From the IMG/VR virus record IMGVR_UViG_3300027784_000004: a stretch of DNA of 64,000 nt. The stretch is one strand, 5' to 3'. The stretch's first letter is position 1. Every line of letters begins with the position of its first letter. Position numbers and translations under genes: made by a program. Positions 1 through 9,029 of this stretch are shown in pieces. The notes under the pieces are model-generated. The model ran no database searches. It was not told the DNA's origin and saw only the letters and a list, made by a program, of their open reading frames with translations. This stretch comes from a virus.

Positions 1-284
1 GGATAATCTTTAATGTTTAAAATATCCATTAAATGTAGTTTGCAGTATTCTTCTAGCAAGCCTTCTACATCTTGCCTTATATCATCAGCTTTCCTATCAT
101 CTTCACCTTGCGCCATTTCAATCAATCTTTCTTTTAAATAAGGCTTTACATTAGCTGTATTGATGCCTAGAATTACTTTATCTTTATTATCATTTTCAAC
201 CGCAAAAGCTTTACCTAAATTAAATTCCTCTATTGCTGTTACATTATAATTACCATCTTCATCTTTGATTAATTTAAGTTGCAT
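1..284 (-). CDS. Hypothetical protein, 3' end runs off the window
   Basis: Hand-translated open frame MQLKLIKDEDGNYNV... from ATG at 284 after RBS GGAAGGTG, overlapping the upstream stop. Confidence 0.6.
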   Translation of the reverse strand, partial: MQLKLIKDEDGNYNVTAIEEFNLGKAFAVENDNKDKVILGINTANVKPYLKERLIEMAQGEDDRKADDIRQDVEGLLEEYCKLHLMDILNIKDY

Positions 285-711
285 CTAAAACACCTTCCAT
301 TTCCTTGTATTCTATTATTTTTACATCATCTTTTTCATATCCTGTAGGCAAGCTTTCTTGTATCATTTTTGCAAAATCAATAACTTCTTCTTTAGTATTT
401 AATCCCCATTCTTCAACTCTATCATCTATAACAACCGCATAATTAACCCTTAAGATGCCAAGCGCTATACGTTTAGATGTAACACTTTTTAAGCGCCTAT
501 CAAGCTTATCAGCAATTTCTTTATCACCTAAACCTTCATAAAATAATTTTTTCAAAAGTTTTTTATCTTCTTCACTCCATTTATTAACATGCCAATACAC
601 TATGCCCATTCTGCGCCTTTTTGATTCTACGCTTTTTTCACCCTTGCCTATAACTTCGCCAATTTCTCTATCACTATAGCCTTGTTCAAAGAGTTCTTTT
701 AATCTTACCAC
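274..711 (-). CDS. Tandem HTH (Myb/GcrA-like) repeat DNA-binding protein
   Basis: Two W/Y-S-x-E-E...G-x-S-D-x-E-I-A repeats; similar to 47498..47788. Confidence 0.65.
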   Translation of the reverse strand: MVRLKELFEQGYSDREIGEVIGKGEKSVESKRRRMGIVYWHVNKWSEEDKKLLKKLFYEGLGDKEIADKLDRRLKSVTSKRIALGILRVNYAVVIDDRVEEWGLNTKEEVIDFAKMIQESLPTGYEKDDVKIIEYKEMEGVLDAT

Positions 712-747
712 ATCTTTAACAGCCCAAGTAATTATAATACACCCCCT

Positions 748-1098
748 CTAAAACCAATCTATAGGCTCAAAACCCATACTATCACAATAAAAGGCTTTAC
801 CATCTACTAATACTATATCGCTAACACTTAAGCTATGCCCCTTAAAATCTTTTGGTCTTTCCATATTAAATTTCATAAATATTTTTTCTAACTCAATATA
901 ATAATCTTCATCAGCGCTAATATCACCATTTCTATCATAATCATAAACTTTTGTATAACAAGATTTTTCTAAAAAGTCTAAGTCAATTCTATCTAAAGCT
1001 TCAAATTTAAATAAACAGCTATCGCCATGTTTTTTACCACATATTTCACTTTTACAATTTACCTGATATATCTCTATATTCAACATAGTATCTATCAT
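748..1098 (-). CDS. YodL-domain protein
   Basis: Motif FN..RPKDFKGHSLSVSDIVLVDGKAFYCDSMGF. Confidence 0.8.
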   Translation of the reverse strand: MIDTMLNIEIYQVNCKSEICGKKHGDSCLFKFEALDRIDLDFLEKSCYTKVYDYDRNGDISADEDYYIELEKIFMKFNMERPKDFKGHSLSVSDIVLVDGKAFYCDSMGFEPIDWF

Positions 1099-1294
1099 TC
1101 CCTTCTACTTTTTGTATGTTTTTGTATTATATGTTTAATCTTTATTACCGTTTCCCTCAACCTCTAAATATAGTATATCATACTAAATGTATAAATGTCA
1201 ACACATAAGTTAAAATACTTATACGTTATTTTTTAGTAAAAAAAAGAGTAGCTTATTTCTTTAAAGCCAACTCTTTTTTTACCTCTTTTTTTAC

Positions 1295-2371
1295 TTAAGC
1301 TATCTTTGAATTTAATAATTTGCCAGCATATCTTTCAATTTTAAGCCTTTTAACTAAGTCATATTCTTGCGCTATTTCAGTTACTGCATTTATATAGCCC
1401 CACGCTGTTTTATCATATACACCGCTATCTATTAAGGTTCTAGCCTTATCTATATTAGCGCTTGATACCTGCTGTGCAAGCATAAATTTATTAAATAAGC
1501 CTTCAAGCTTATCACTATCAATTTTAATATTTTTGTTTTTTTCTATTTGTTCTTTAAAGTATTCTAACATTTTAGGTAACTTAGCCACTATATCTTTCAC
1601 TTCACCGCCCACTTCTTGCCCATCAAAGCCCACATGCTTTTTCTTGTATGCTGTAGCACTACCACCGCCCATTAACAAGCCATTTGAACAAGCCCACTTA
1701 TAAACAAGCACTTCTACATACAAACTACTTCTGCCTACCCTAGAATTTCTAATATTAAAGCCAATAGATAAATCATCATCAAATTTTTCTTCTTGTATAA
1801 TTCTAATATTCATAAATTCAGGATTAACAGCATAGCTTTCTACCCTGTAACCATCTTTTTTAAATACATCATTTATAATATCAAATACCTCTATATCATC
1901 AAAAATAGAATACCTGCTACTTAAAATACCATGCAATCTTTTTTCCTGTTTATCAAATCTTAAAAGCAAATCATCATTTTCAAATTCACTATCAAGCCAG
2001 CTATTAATATTTTTACTAGCTAAATAATTATGCCCCTTGCTTATGCAATGCTTGATATAAGCGCTAGGTATATGATACCTATTGCAAAGCTGTTTTAAAC
2101 TCCACTCACTAAATAAAAAACTTTCATCAGTATCTTTAATAGTTAATGCTATATTATCAATATTTTTAATATCAACCTTTAAATTATTGATAGGTGTAAT
2201 AATATCTTCTTGCCTATCATCAATAGCCTTCACGTTGTCATATACCTGCTTGAAATCTTCTATATAACTGCCAGCACCTTTTCTAAAATCATCTAGGCTT
2301 ATTAGCTTTTCGCTATTATCGCCTAGTAGAATTTTAAGCCTTTCTTTTTTTGTTTTAGCCACTAAAAACAC
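1295..2371 (-). CDS. DUF932-family phage/plasmid protein
   Basis: GILSSRYSIFDD, NSRVGRSSL, VYKWACSNGL and TAWGYINAVTE motifs. Confidence 0.75.
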   Translation of the reverse strand: MFLVAKTKKERLKILLGDNSEKLISLDDFRKGAGSYIEDFKQVYDNVKAIDDRQEDIITPINNLKVDIKNIDNIALTIKDTDESFLFSEWSLKQLCNRYHIPSAYIKHCISKGHNYLASKNINSWLDSEFENDDLLLRFDKQEKRLHGILSSRYSIFDDIEVFDIINDVFKKDGYRVESYAVNPEFMNIRIIQEEKFDDDLSIGFNIRNSRVGRSSLYVEVLVYKWACSNGLLMGGGSATAYKKKHVGFDGQEVGGEVKDIVAKLPKMLEYFKEQIEKNKNIKIDSDKLEGLFNKFMLAQQVSSANIDKARTLIDSGVYDKTAWGYINAVTEIAQEYDLVKRLKIERYAGKLLNSKIA

Positions 2372-2388
2372 CCCTTATTATATTAGTT

Positions 2389-2688
2389 TTATATAGTTGC
2401 TCTTTCTGTAGTATTGCCCATATTAAAGCTATAATTTTTATGCCCTTCACTTCTATAAACTCCAACATTACATTCATATAAACCAACTTCAAAATCATCA
2501 GGTACATTTTCAAAACCATCTATTTCAGCAAGCATACTTCCTTGTCTAAATAAGTCATAATAGTCATGCCCTGAATTACTTTCTATAAAGCTAATATATA
2601 AAGATTCGCCTAAGTCATTAACAGCAAATAAGATTTTAAATTCATCAACACAAACTTCACTACTAATATTTATAGCCATTAATACCAC
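2389..2688 (-). CDS. Hypothetical early protein
   Basis: ORF with RBS directly downstream of a repeat promoter. Confidence 0.6.
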   Translation of the reverse strand: MVLMAINISSEVCVDEFKILFAVNDLGESLYISFIESNSGHDYYDLFRQGSMLAEIDGFENVPDDFEVGLYECNVGVYRSEGHKNYSFNMGNTTERATI

Positions 2689-2815
2689 CCCTTCTAGGTT
2701 TTATCTTTTCCCTCAACCTCTAAATATAGTATATCATACTACTTGTAAGAAAGTCAACACACCTTGCCTGCTAGTTTATGGTAAAAATAAAGCTAAAAGC
2801 CTTAAGCAAATAGCC

Positions 2816-2974
2816 TTATTTTTTTTCACTAATATATATCTTACTGTATTTCTGCCCATCTTCTTCTATTGTGTAATTCACACGAACTTTTTCATATCTG
2901 CCACTATTTCTAAGTTCTTTCGCCTTGTGTAAGGCAAAAGAGTGCTTGTAATGGCTTGTACACCATAACATCAT
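2816..2974 (-). CDS. Small hypothetical protein (52 aa, MMLWCTSHYKHSFALHKAKEL...)
   Basis: Hand-translated; RBS AAAGGGGG; followed by a terminator-like hairpin. Confidence 0.6.
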   Translation of the reverse strand: MMLWCTSHYKHSFALHKAKELRNSGRYEKVRVNYTIEEDGQKYSKIYISEKK

Positions 2975-2997
2975 AGTATAAGCCCCCTTTGTTACTA

Positions 2998-3243
2998 CTA
3001 CCCCCTAGCAACTATCATACCTTTTGCTAGGTGATGTAGATAATCATTAATATCTTTATTTAAGAAGTCTAATTTAGATAACATCTTTTTGATTGCTTTT
3101 CGTTCTTCACCCTTAGTATTTAAAATACCCTCTATAACAACTTCATTATCAATTAAATTAAATTCGCCATTATGTTCAATATTCCAGCTTTTATATTCTA
3201 AATCTTTTTCGTTAAAAAATGTTTTAATGTTCATTTCTATCAC
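2998..3243 (-). CDS. Hypothetical early protein
   Basis: ORF downstream of a repeat promoter. Confidence 0.65.
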   Translation of the reverse strand: MIEMNIKTFFNEKDLEYKSWNIEHNGEFNLIDNEVVIEGILNTKGEERKAIKKMLSKLDFLNKDINDYLHHLAKGMIVARG

Positions 3244-3359
3244 CCTTTTTTATAGTTTTTATTATCGTTTCCCTCAACCTCTAAATACATTGTATCATAC
3301 CACTTGTAAGAATGTCAACACACTTTAGCTGTTAGTTATTGGTAAAAAAGATATAAGCC

Positions 3360-3533
3360 TTAAGCTTTAATATAACCGTATTTACTCATGAACTTTTCAG
3401 CGCCCTTTAATGTTTTGTAAGTTTTTGAATCTACTTTAGTTACCGCTAAATATCTATTATTTTCAATATAAGCTATGCTACCTTCATTACCTGCCTTGTT
3501 AGCGTTTTTATAATACTTTACTATCTTCATCAT
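3360..3533 (-). CDS. Small protein with SKTYKTLKGAEKFM motif (57 aa, DUF1391-like)
   Basis: Hand-translated; RBS AGGGGG. Confidence 0.65.
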   Translation of the reverse strand: MMKIVKYYKNANKAGNEGSIAYIENNRYLAVTKVDSKTYKTLKGAEKFMSKYGYIKA

Positions 3534-3556
3534 CAATACCCCCTGTATTAGTTATA

Positions 3557-3772
3557 TTAAAAGCCCATCAACTCTGCCATTTCATCTGCCTGTTTTCTTG
3601 CATCTTCTATCTTGTTTTCATTATATTTTGATTTAGTAATTATTTTTAAATCTTTTTTGCTATGATATTCAATTTTATAATCTTTGCGGTTGCTATATTT
3701 GCTAGGTATTTTTTTTGCTTTAATTACTATATCAACAAATCTTTTATCTTTTAATATTTTAGGGTTATACAT
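3557..3772 (-). CDS. Hypothetical early protein (start corrected to MYNPK)
   Basis: The ORF-track start lies inside the promoter repeat; RBS GAAAAGGTG precedes ATG 3772. Confidence 0.6.
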   Translation of the reverse strand: MYNPKILKDKRFVDIVIKAKKIPSKYSNRKDYKIEYHSKKDLKIITKSKYNENKIEDARKQADEMAELMGF

Positions 3773-3936
3773 TGCTATCACCTTTTCTAAGTTTTTTATT
3801 ATTACCGTTTCCCTCAACCTCTAAATATAGTATAACATACAACTTGTAAGAATGTCAACACACATTAGCTGTTAGTTATTGGTAAAAAAAATACCACTCA
3901 ATATAGAGTGGTTTTTACATTAGCTTTTAATATTTT

Positions 3937-4176
3937 TTATTTATATAATACTTCTTTAAAGCCTTGATAGTTGTAGCTACCTTCAATTATTGCTTTTGAT
4001 AGTTTTTCATAAACCTTATAAGCATCTTTCATTTCAGCAAAAGCCTTATGATTATATTCTTTTGTATTCTCGTTCATAATACCTACTGTGTAACTATCTC
4101 CACTTTGTCCAAAACTCAATTCTAAGTTACGCTCCAAGTCCTGCATATTAGCTATTGTAAAATCCATTTTTATCAA
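3937..4176 (-). CDS. Hypothetical early protein, paralog of 61889..62116
   Basis: Shared FTIA-M-D, YTVGI-NE-TKEY and DAYKV motifs. Confidence 0.7.
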   Translation of the reverse strand: MIKMDFTIANMQDLERNLELSFGQSGDSYTVGIMNENTKEYNHKAFAEMKDAYKVYEKLSKAIIEGSYNYQGFKEVLYK

Positions 4177-4196
4177 CTCTTTCTAATTTTTTTGTT

Positions 4197-4379
4197 TTAA
4201 GCAAAATGTTTTTCTGTATTTTCAACAACCATTGCCCAATATTTATTACCTAAACAACTATTTTTTTTACCTTCTTTTAAGCCTTCTTCAACACTTAAGC
4301 CAAGAACTTCTATACTTGCAATAATTTTATTAGTAGTTTTTTCAACCGCTTGCATAAATGCTTTTTCCATTATTATCAC
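4197..4379 (-). CDS. Hypothetical early protein
   Basis: ORF with AGAGAGAGTG RBS after a repeat promoter. Confidence 0.6.
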   Translation of the reverse strand: MIIMEKAFMQAVEKTTNKIIASIEVLGLSVEEGLKEGKKNSCLGNKYWAMVVENTEKHFA

Positions 4380-4559
4380 TCTCTCTAATTTTTTTATTTA
4401 TTATCGTTTCCCTCAACCTCTAAATATATTATACCATACAACTTGTAAGAATGTCAATACACTTTAGCTGTTAGTTTATGGTAATAATATATAAAGATTA
4501 ATTAAAAGAAAAAAATTTTACTTTTAAGCAAAAAAAAAATAAGCCAGCTTATTGCCAGC

Positions 4560-4751
4560 TTATAATAGTGCGCTTTTTGTATCCCATTCTTTTATATTTA
4601 AAGGCTTTTGTTTTAAGTTGTTACGCTTTACACGCCAGCCAGCCTTTTTTTCCTCATTAGTTAAAATATCATTAATCCTGTGGTAACTTTTTAACCATAA
4701 GCAAACCATTTCTTTTGTTATATCATTTTCAAGTATAAGCCATCTTTTCAT
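4560..4751 (-). CDS. Hypothetical protein
   Basis: ORF followed by a terminator. Confidence 0.55.
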   Translation of the reverse strand: MKRWLILENDITKEMVCLWLKSYHRINDILTNEEKKAGWRVKRNNLKQKPLNIKEWDTKSALL

Positions 4752-4840
4752 ATTTTTTCACCTGCCTTTATATAATTATTATTCTGCATAAAGTTTTTTG
4801 CACCTTTTAAAGTTTTTACCTTTACTGTATTATTAAGCAT
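4748..4840 (-). pseudogene. 30-aa remnant or mini-gene similar to the C-terminus of 3360..3533
   Basis: KTLKGAKNFMQNNNYIKA versus KTLKGAEKFMSKYGYIKA; ATG overlaps the upstream stop. Confidence 0.4.
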
Positions 4841-5219
4841 AGATAATGTTATATTCAGCCTTTGAGTACAATTTAGTATATATACTATCAAAGCCAAACC
4901 ATTTGCCTTGTTGGTATCTCTTTCTGCTTTCCTCACCCTTTGTAGCTTGTAAAGCTTTTGCCCTTACTTTTAAGTTGTTAATATCACTTTTAGTTAACTT
5001 ATCATTTACTAGCTTATCTTTTATTTCATTTAATGCACTTATAGCGCCATTATAAAATTCGATATTATCTAAAACTCTTTCTAGTCCATACCCTTTAGCA
5101 ACTTCTTTTTTAACTTCTTCCTTATATAATTTATTATCAATTTTACTTATTTCCTCATTTATCTCCTGTGCCTTTTTATTTACATTATCTTTTAGGTTAA
5201 TAGTTAACATCTGCATCAC
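4833..5219 (-). CDS. Hypothetical early protein
   Basis: ORF after a repeat promoter. Confidence 0.65.
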   Translation of the reverse strand: MMQMLTINLKDNVNKKAQEINEEISKIDNKLYKEEVKKEVAKGYGLERVLDNIEFYNGAISALNEIKDKLVNDKLTKSDINNLKVRAKALQATKGEESRKRYQQGKWFGFDSIYTKLYSKAEYNIIYA

Positions 5220-5371
5220 TCTCTCTAAGTTTTTTTGTTTATCGTTTCCCTCAACCTCTAAATATAGTATATCATACTACTTGTAAGAAAGTCAATACAC
5301 TTTAGCTGTTAGTTTATGGTAGAAAAAAAGCCACCTGCTTAAAGTGGCTTATAGCTTTTATTCAACTATTA

Positions 5372-5980
5372 TTATATATTTAAATTTTCATTTATTATTT
5401 CATCAACAGGTTTTGCAGGTTTATTTTCAAAAGTACTTTGGTCTAGTTCTGCAAAAGGTTTTTCCAGCCATTCTTCAAGTTCATCTTTAAACCTTTTTAC
5501 TGTATTAGGCAAACTCTCTTTAGCCTGTTTTATTAAATCTTTTTTAGCACTTTCTTTATCCTTGCTTATAGTGTCCATATAACAGCTACCATTTAAGCGC
5601 AACATATAACGCTTTAAATCTAAAGGCAATCTATCTTTACATCTAATAAGTTTTTGCACCCTATCATCAAATACAAGCCTATGATAGTTTTTTTTCACAT
5701 AAGAAATAACATCTTGAAAATTGCTATCCCATCTGCTAACATTCTTATCTAAATCTTTTAAAATCTTTGTCATTTGCTCCATCATAAATAAATCACCGTT
5801 ATCAACAGTTACATGCCCCCCATAAAAGTTCATAGTGCCTATAGATGCTTGAAACTCTAATTTGCCTACCCATTCATAGGTATTATCGCTAGAACCCTTG
5901 CAAGCGCCAAAACTGATAACAATAAAAGCATATCCATGCCTTTCTGTAGCACTAATATCAAACCCTTTTTTCCTTTTCAT
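5372..5980 (-). CDS. Hypothetical early protein
   Basis: 202-aa ORF between a repeat promoter and a terminator. Confidence 0.7.
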   Translation of the reverse strand: MKRKKGFDISATERHGYAFIVISFGACKGSSDNTYEWVGKLEFQASIGTMNFYGGHVTVDNGDLFMMEQMTKILKDLDKNVSRWDSNFQDVISYVKKNYHRLVFDDRVQKLIRCKDRLPLDLKRYMLRLNGSCYMDTISKDKESAKKDLIKQAKESLPNTVKRFKDELEEWLEKPFAELDQSTFENKPAKPVDEIINENLNI

Positions 5981-6080
5981 TATATATCACTCTCTCTAAT
6001 GTATTTTTTATTATCGTTTCCCTCAACCTCTAAATATAGTATATCATACTACTTGTAAGAAAGTCAACACACTTTTAATA

Positions 6081-6326
6081 TTATTTTTTGCTAGTATTTT
6101 CTTTTACTATTTCATTAACAATATCATATATCTTAAAGTTATCTGAACCCTTTATTAGAAAGAGTTTTCTATAATCTTTTAAATCTTTACCATTAGAATC
6201 TTTTGCGCCATCTTCTATATTAAAAGCTATACCTGCTATATTTAAAGCCTTACATGTTTTCTTTACTTCACTTATATATATATTACATGCAAAACTTAAT
6301 TCAACTTGTTTTATCATTATGAACAC
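6081..6326 (-). CDS. Hypothetical early protein
   Basis: ORF with RBS AAGGGTG. Confidence 0.6.
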   Translation of the reverse strand: MFIMIKQVELSFACNIYISEVKKTCKALNIAGIAFNIEDGAKDSNGKDLKDYRKLFLIKGSDNFKIYDIVNEIVKENTSKK

Positions 6327-6341
6327 CCCTTATTATTTTTT

Positions 6342-6704
6342 TTACCATATATAATAATTGCAATTATATTCATCAGCAAGCATCTTGCCATATTTTGTAG
6401 CGCACTTTTGATATTTAAAATCTTTTAAAGCTATGGATTGCATATTATCTAAATCATCATTTATTAAAGTATGCAACCATACAGTAATAGGCGCATCTTC
6501 ATCTTCATAGTGAGCATATACTTCTATTTCTCTAATTTTAACTTCACATTTAAAATCAAACTCAACATCAAAATCACCTTTCTTTTGAGCCTTTATTTCT
6601 GCTAAAAGTTCTCTTTCGCTGTACTCTTTAGCATCAATAACTACTTCATCAAACAAAATTGTAGTAACCATTAAGCCTTTATTTATAATTTTTTTACAAA
6701 TCAT
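6342..6704 (-). CDS. Hypothetical early protein (start corrected to MICKK)
   Basis: The ORF-track N-terminus runs through the promoter repeat; RBS AGGGGAGAG precedes ATG 6704. Confidence 0.6.
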   Translation of the reverse strand: MICKKIINKGLMVTTILFDEVVIDAKEYSERELLAEIKAQKKGDFDVEFDFKCEVKIREIEVYAHYEDEDAPITVWLHTLINDDLDNMQSIALKDFKYQKCATKYGKMLADEYNCNYYIW

Positions 6705-6922
6705 TATATATCTCTCCCCTTTTTTATAGTTTTTATTATTACCGTTTCCCTCAACCTCTAATAACATTATATCAACTATGTGTAAGTAAGTCAATACATA
6801 CAAGCTGTTAGTTTATGGTAATAAAATTAGTATTTTATATATTAAATAGTAAGTATTCAATATTTAAATCTGTCATATTGTTACAAAAAGGTGTTTTCTG
6901 CTATAATTTACATACATAATGT

Positions 6923-6951
6923 TTGACTTTATGAACATTATTAGATATAAT
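6923..6951 (+). promoter_or_regulatory. sigmaA promoter for the repressor-parA operon
   Basis: TTGACT-17bp-TATAAT, divergent from repeat promoter 6739-6797. Confidence 0.8.
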
Positions 6952-7119
6952 AATAGTTGTTAAACGAACTTTATTTATTTTTTGTGCAGAAGGTGGACAA
7001 GCTATATTTAGCTAAAATAATAAGATTGCTTAAATATTCTGACAACTCGTTTTAAGTAATATTATTAAAAAAGGATAAATATAGATTATATGTAACAAAC
7101 TTTAAAGAATATAAGGAGG

Positions 7120-7533
7120 TTGAAAAAAATGGGATTAAATCAGGAAGCGGTTGACTATTTTCACGAAAATAAAGAGTTCACTTATAGTGATTCTTTTGTA
7201 AAAAGGGTAAAAGGTTTGAGGAAAGAACACGATATTTCACAAATAAAACTTGCTGAACTTCTAGGCAAATCTAATGGTGCTATTGGACATTGGGAAACTG
7301 GGAGGCGTGACCCCTCTCTTGAAACTTTAATACAGATGTGCAAGATTTTTAATTGTAGTTTGGATTATCTTTTTGGCTTATCTAATATTAGAAGGTATGA
7401 AGAAAGCCACAAATATATGCAAAGAGAAATGTATAAAGTAGGTATATTAAAAGATGGAAATATTGATAAGAAAGCTGTAGATGATTTTGTTAAAAAATTT
7501 GACTTAGTAAAGCAAATTGCTAGTGGAGGTTAA
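7120..7533 (+). CDS. XRE-family HTH regulator (candidate immunity repressor)
   Basis: LRKEHDISQIKLAELLGKSNGAIGHWETGRRDP HTH; first gene of the only plus-strand operon. Confidence 0.85.
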   Translation: MKKMGLNQEAVDYFHENKEFTYSDSFVKRVKGLRKEHDISQIKLAELLGKSNGAIGHWETGRRDPSLETLIQMCKIFNCSLDYLFGLSNIRRYEESHKYMQREMYKVGILKDGNIDKKAVDDFVKKFDLVKQIASGG

Positions 7534-7535
7534 AC

Positions 7536-8297
7536 ATGATTATATCTTTAGTAAATCAAAAAGGTGGCGTTACTAAAACCACTTCTGCTATCAATATAGG
7601 TGCAAGCCTATCTTTTCTTGGTCATAGGGTGCTTTTAGTTGACCTTGACCCTCAAAGCAACTGTACAAGTGGTGTAGGCTTTAATAGTGAAGGTGAAAAT
7701 AATATTTTTGATGTTTTAACTTTTAACAAAGATATAAATAGTTGTATTCATGAAACGGGTTATAAAAACTTATATATATTACCTTCTATTGATAGATTAG
7801 CTAATGTAGAACAAATATTAGTTAATGAAATGGATAGAGAAAGAATTTTAAGAAATGAACTTAAAAAAATAGAAAATGATTATGATTTTATATTCTTAGA
7901 TTGTCCACCTTCTTTAGGCTTAATAACATTAAATGCTTTAGTAGCAAGTGATAAACTATTAATACCTATGCTACCAAAACTATTTGCTTTTGAGGGTTTA
8001 ACACTACTTTTAAACACTTATAAAAAAGTGAAAATAAAGATTAATAAAGATTTAGATATATTAGGCTCTTTCTTTTGCTATGTAGATAAGCGCACTAATA
8101 TAGAAGAATATCGACAAGAATTAAAAGATATTTTTAAAGATAAATTTTTTGATAGTATCGTATATCAATATAAACATATCGCTGATTCACAAGAAGAAGG
8201 TACGCCTTTATGCTACCATAACAGAAGTTCAAAAGGTTCTCGTGAATACTTTAACCTTGCAAAGGAGATTTTAGAACATGCCCAAACAAAAGAATAA
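7536..8297 (+). CDS. parA: ParA/Soj-family partition ATPase
   Basis: Deviant Walker A NQKGGVTKTTS, VDLDPQSN, DFIFLDCPP. Confidence 0.95.
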   Translation: MIISLVNQKGGVTKTTSAINIGASLSFLGHRVLLVDLDPQSNCTSGVGFNSEGENNIFDVLTFNKDINSCIHETGYKNLYILPSIDRLANVEQILVNEMDRERILRNELKKIENDYDFIFLDCPPSLGLITLNALVASDKLLIPMLPKLFAFEGLTLLLNTYKKVKIKINKDLDILGSFFCYVDKRTNIEEYRQELKDIFKDKFFDSIVYQYKHIADSQEEGTPLCYHNRSSKGSREYFNLAKEILEHAQTKE

Positions 8298-8766
8298 TAA
8301 GTCAAGCAAGCTTGCAAAAAAATCATTAGGTATCCTTGATAGTTTAGAAGAAACTATTGCTGATAAAAGACAAGCAGAAGAAAGCAATGAGGATATTTTT
8401 TTAGATGATAATGTTAACACTAACAATAATGATAATGATACTGTTAACACAAAAGCTAACAATAATACTAATGCTAAAGCTAACAAGAAAGCTAACACAA
8501 AAGCTAAAGTTAACACTAATGCTAATGTTAATAAAAAAGATGCAAATATTAACAAAAATAATTCAGACAATGACAGCCTAAATGATAGCTTTAAAATTAC
8601 TATTGCTGATAAAACACAAAAAGAAGAAACTAAGCTTAAAGGTATATATCTAAAGCTTACTACTATTGAAAAGGTTGAAATATTAAGCAAGAAAACTGGA
8701 CAATCTCAAAGTTATATAATAGATGAAATACTACAAAAAGCTTTAGAAAGGATTGATGTGAAATGA
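8278..8766 (+). CDS. Putative centromere-binding partner with C-terminal ribbon-helix-helix and an Asn/Ala/Lys-rich linker
   Basis: Overlaps parA; C-terminal KGIYLKLTTIEKVEILSKKTGQSQSYIIDEILQKAL fits an RHH pattern. Confidence 0.65.
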   Translation: MPKQKNNKSSKLAKKSLGILDSLEETIADKRQAEESNEDIFLDDNVNTNNNDNDTVNTKANNNTNAKANKKANTKAKVNTNANVNKKDANINKNNSDNDSLNDSFKITIADKTQKEETKLKGIYLKLTTIEKVEILSKKTGQSQSYIIDEILQKALERIDVK

Positions 8767-9029
8767 TAAATAAAATGGTGGATTTAGCAGAATACAAAAA
8801 GCATAAAGTAGATATTAAAAAAGATGGTAATAAATACATCAATAATATTAGAATAAAATTCTACAAAGAGTTAACAATACAATTAGGTATAGATGCTAGC
8901 ATAGCTTTAGAATTTGCTAATAGTGAAGAAGATACTTTAATTGAAATGTATAATGATAAGCAATTCCCTATAGCAGAATATGCCAATTTTAAAGAAAATT
9001 GTGGTGATATATTTGCAAAAACAATATAA
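8763..9029 (+). CDS. Hypothetical protein in the parA operon
   Basis: Translationally coupled ORF. Confidence 0.6.
   Translation: MINKMVDLAEYKKHKVDIKKDGNKYINNIRIKFYKELTIQLGIDASIALEFANSEEDTLIEMYNDKQFPIAEYANFKENCGDIFAKTI

Larger units (their letters stand above)
1145..6797 (-). repeat. Array of 8 about 60-bp direct repeats, each a sigmaA-type promoter plus conserved leader, at 1145-1204, 2701-2760, 3262-3321, 3802-3861, 4401-4460, 5239-5298, 6011-6070, 6739-6797
   Basis: Minus-strand consensus GTGTTGAC(T/A)TTCTTACAAGTAGTATGATATACTATATTTAGAGGTTGAGGGAAACGATAA; six copies extend upstream with TTACCATAAACTAACAGCTAAA-like sequence. Confidence 0.95.

Noticed and set aside
4748-4936. 62-aa ORF as called in the track
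   Set aside because: Overlaps 4833..5219 by more than 100 bp; only the last 30 codons resemble a real gene
1145-6797. Repeat array as a CRISPR array
   Set aside because: Spacers are 0.5-1.5 kb and contain genes, the repeats are promoters, and there are no cas genes
6860-7100. TGTTACA/TGTAACA pair as parS or operator
   Set aside because: Only two short copies in AT-rich DNA; not distinguishable from chance
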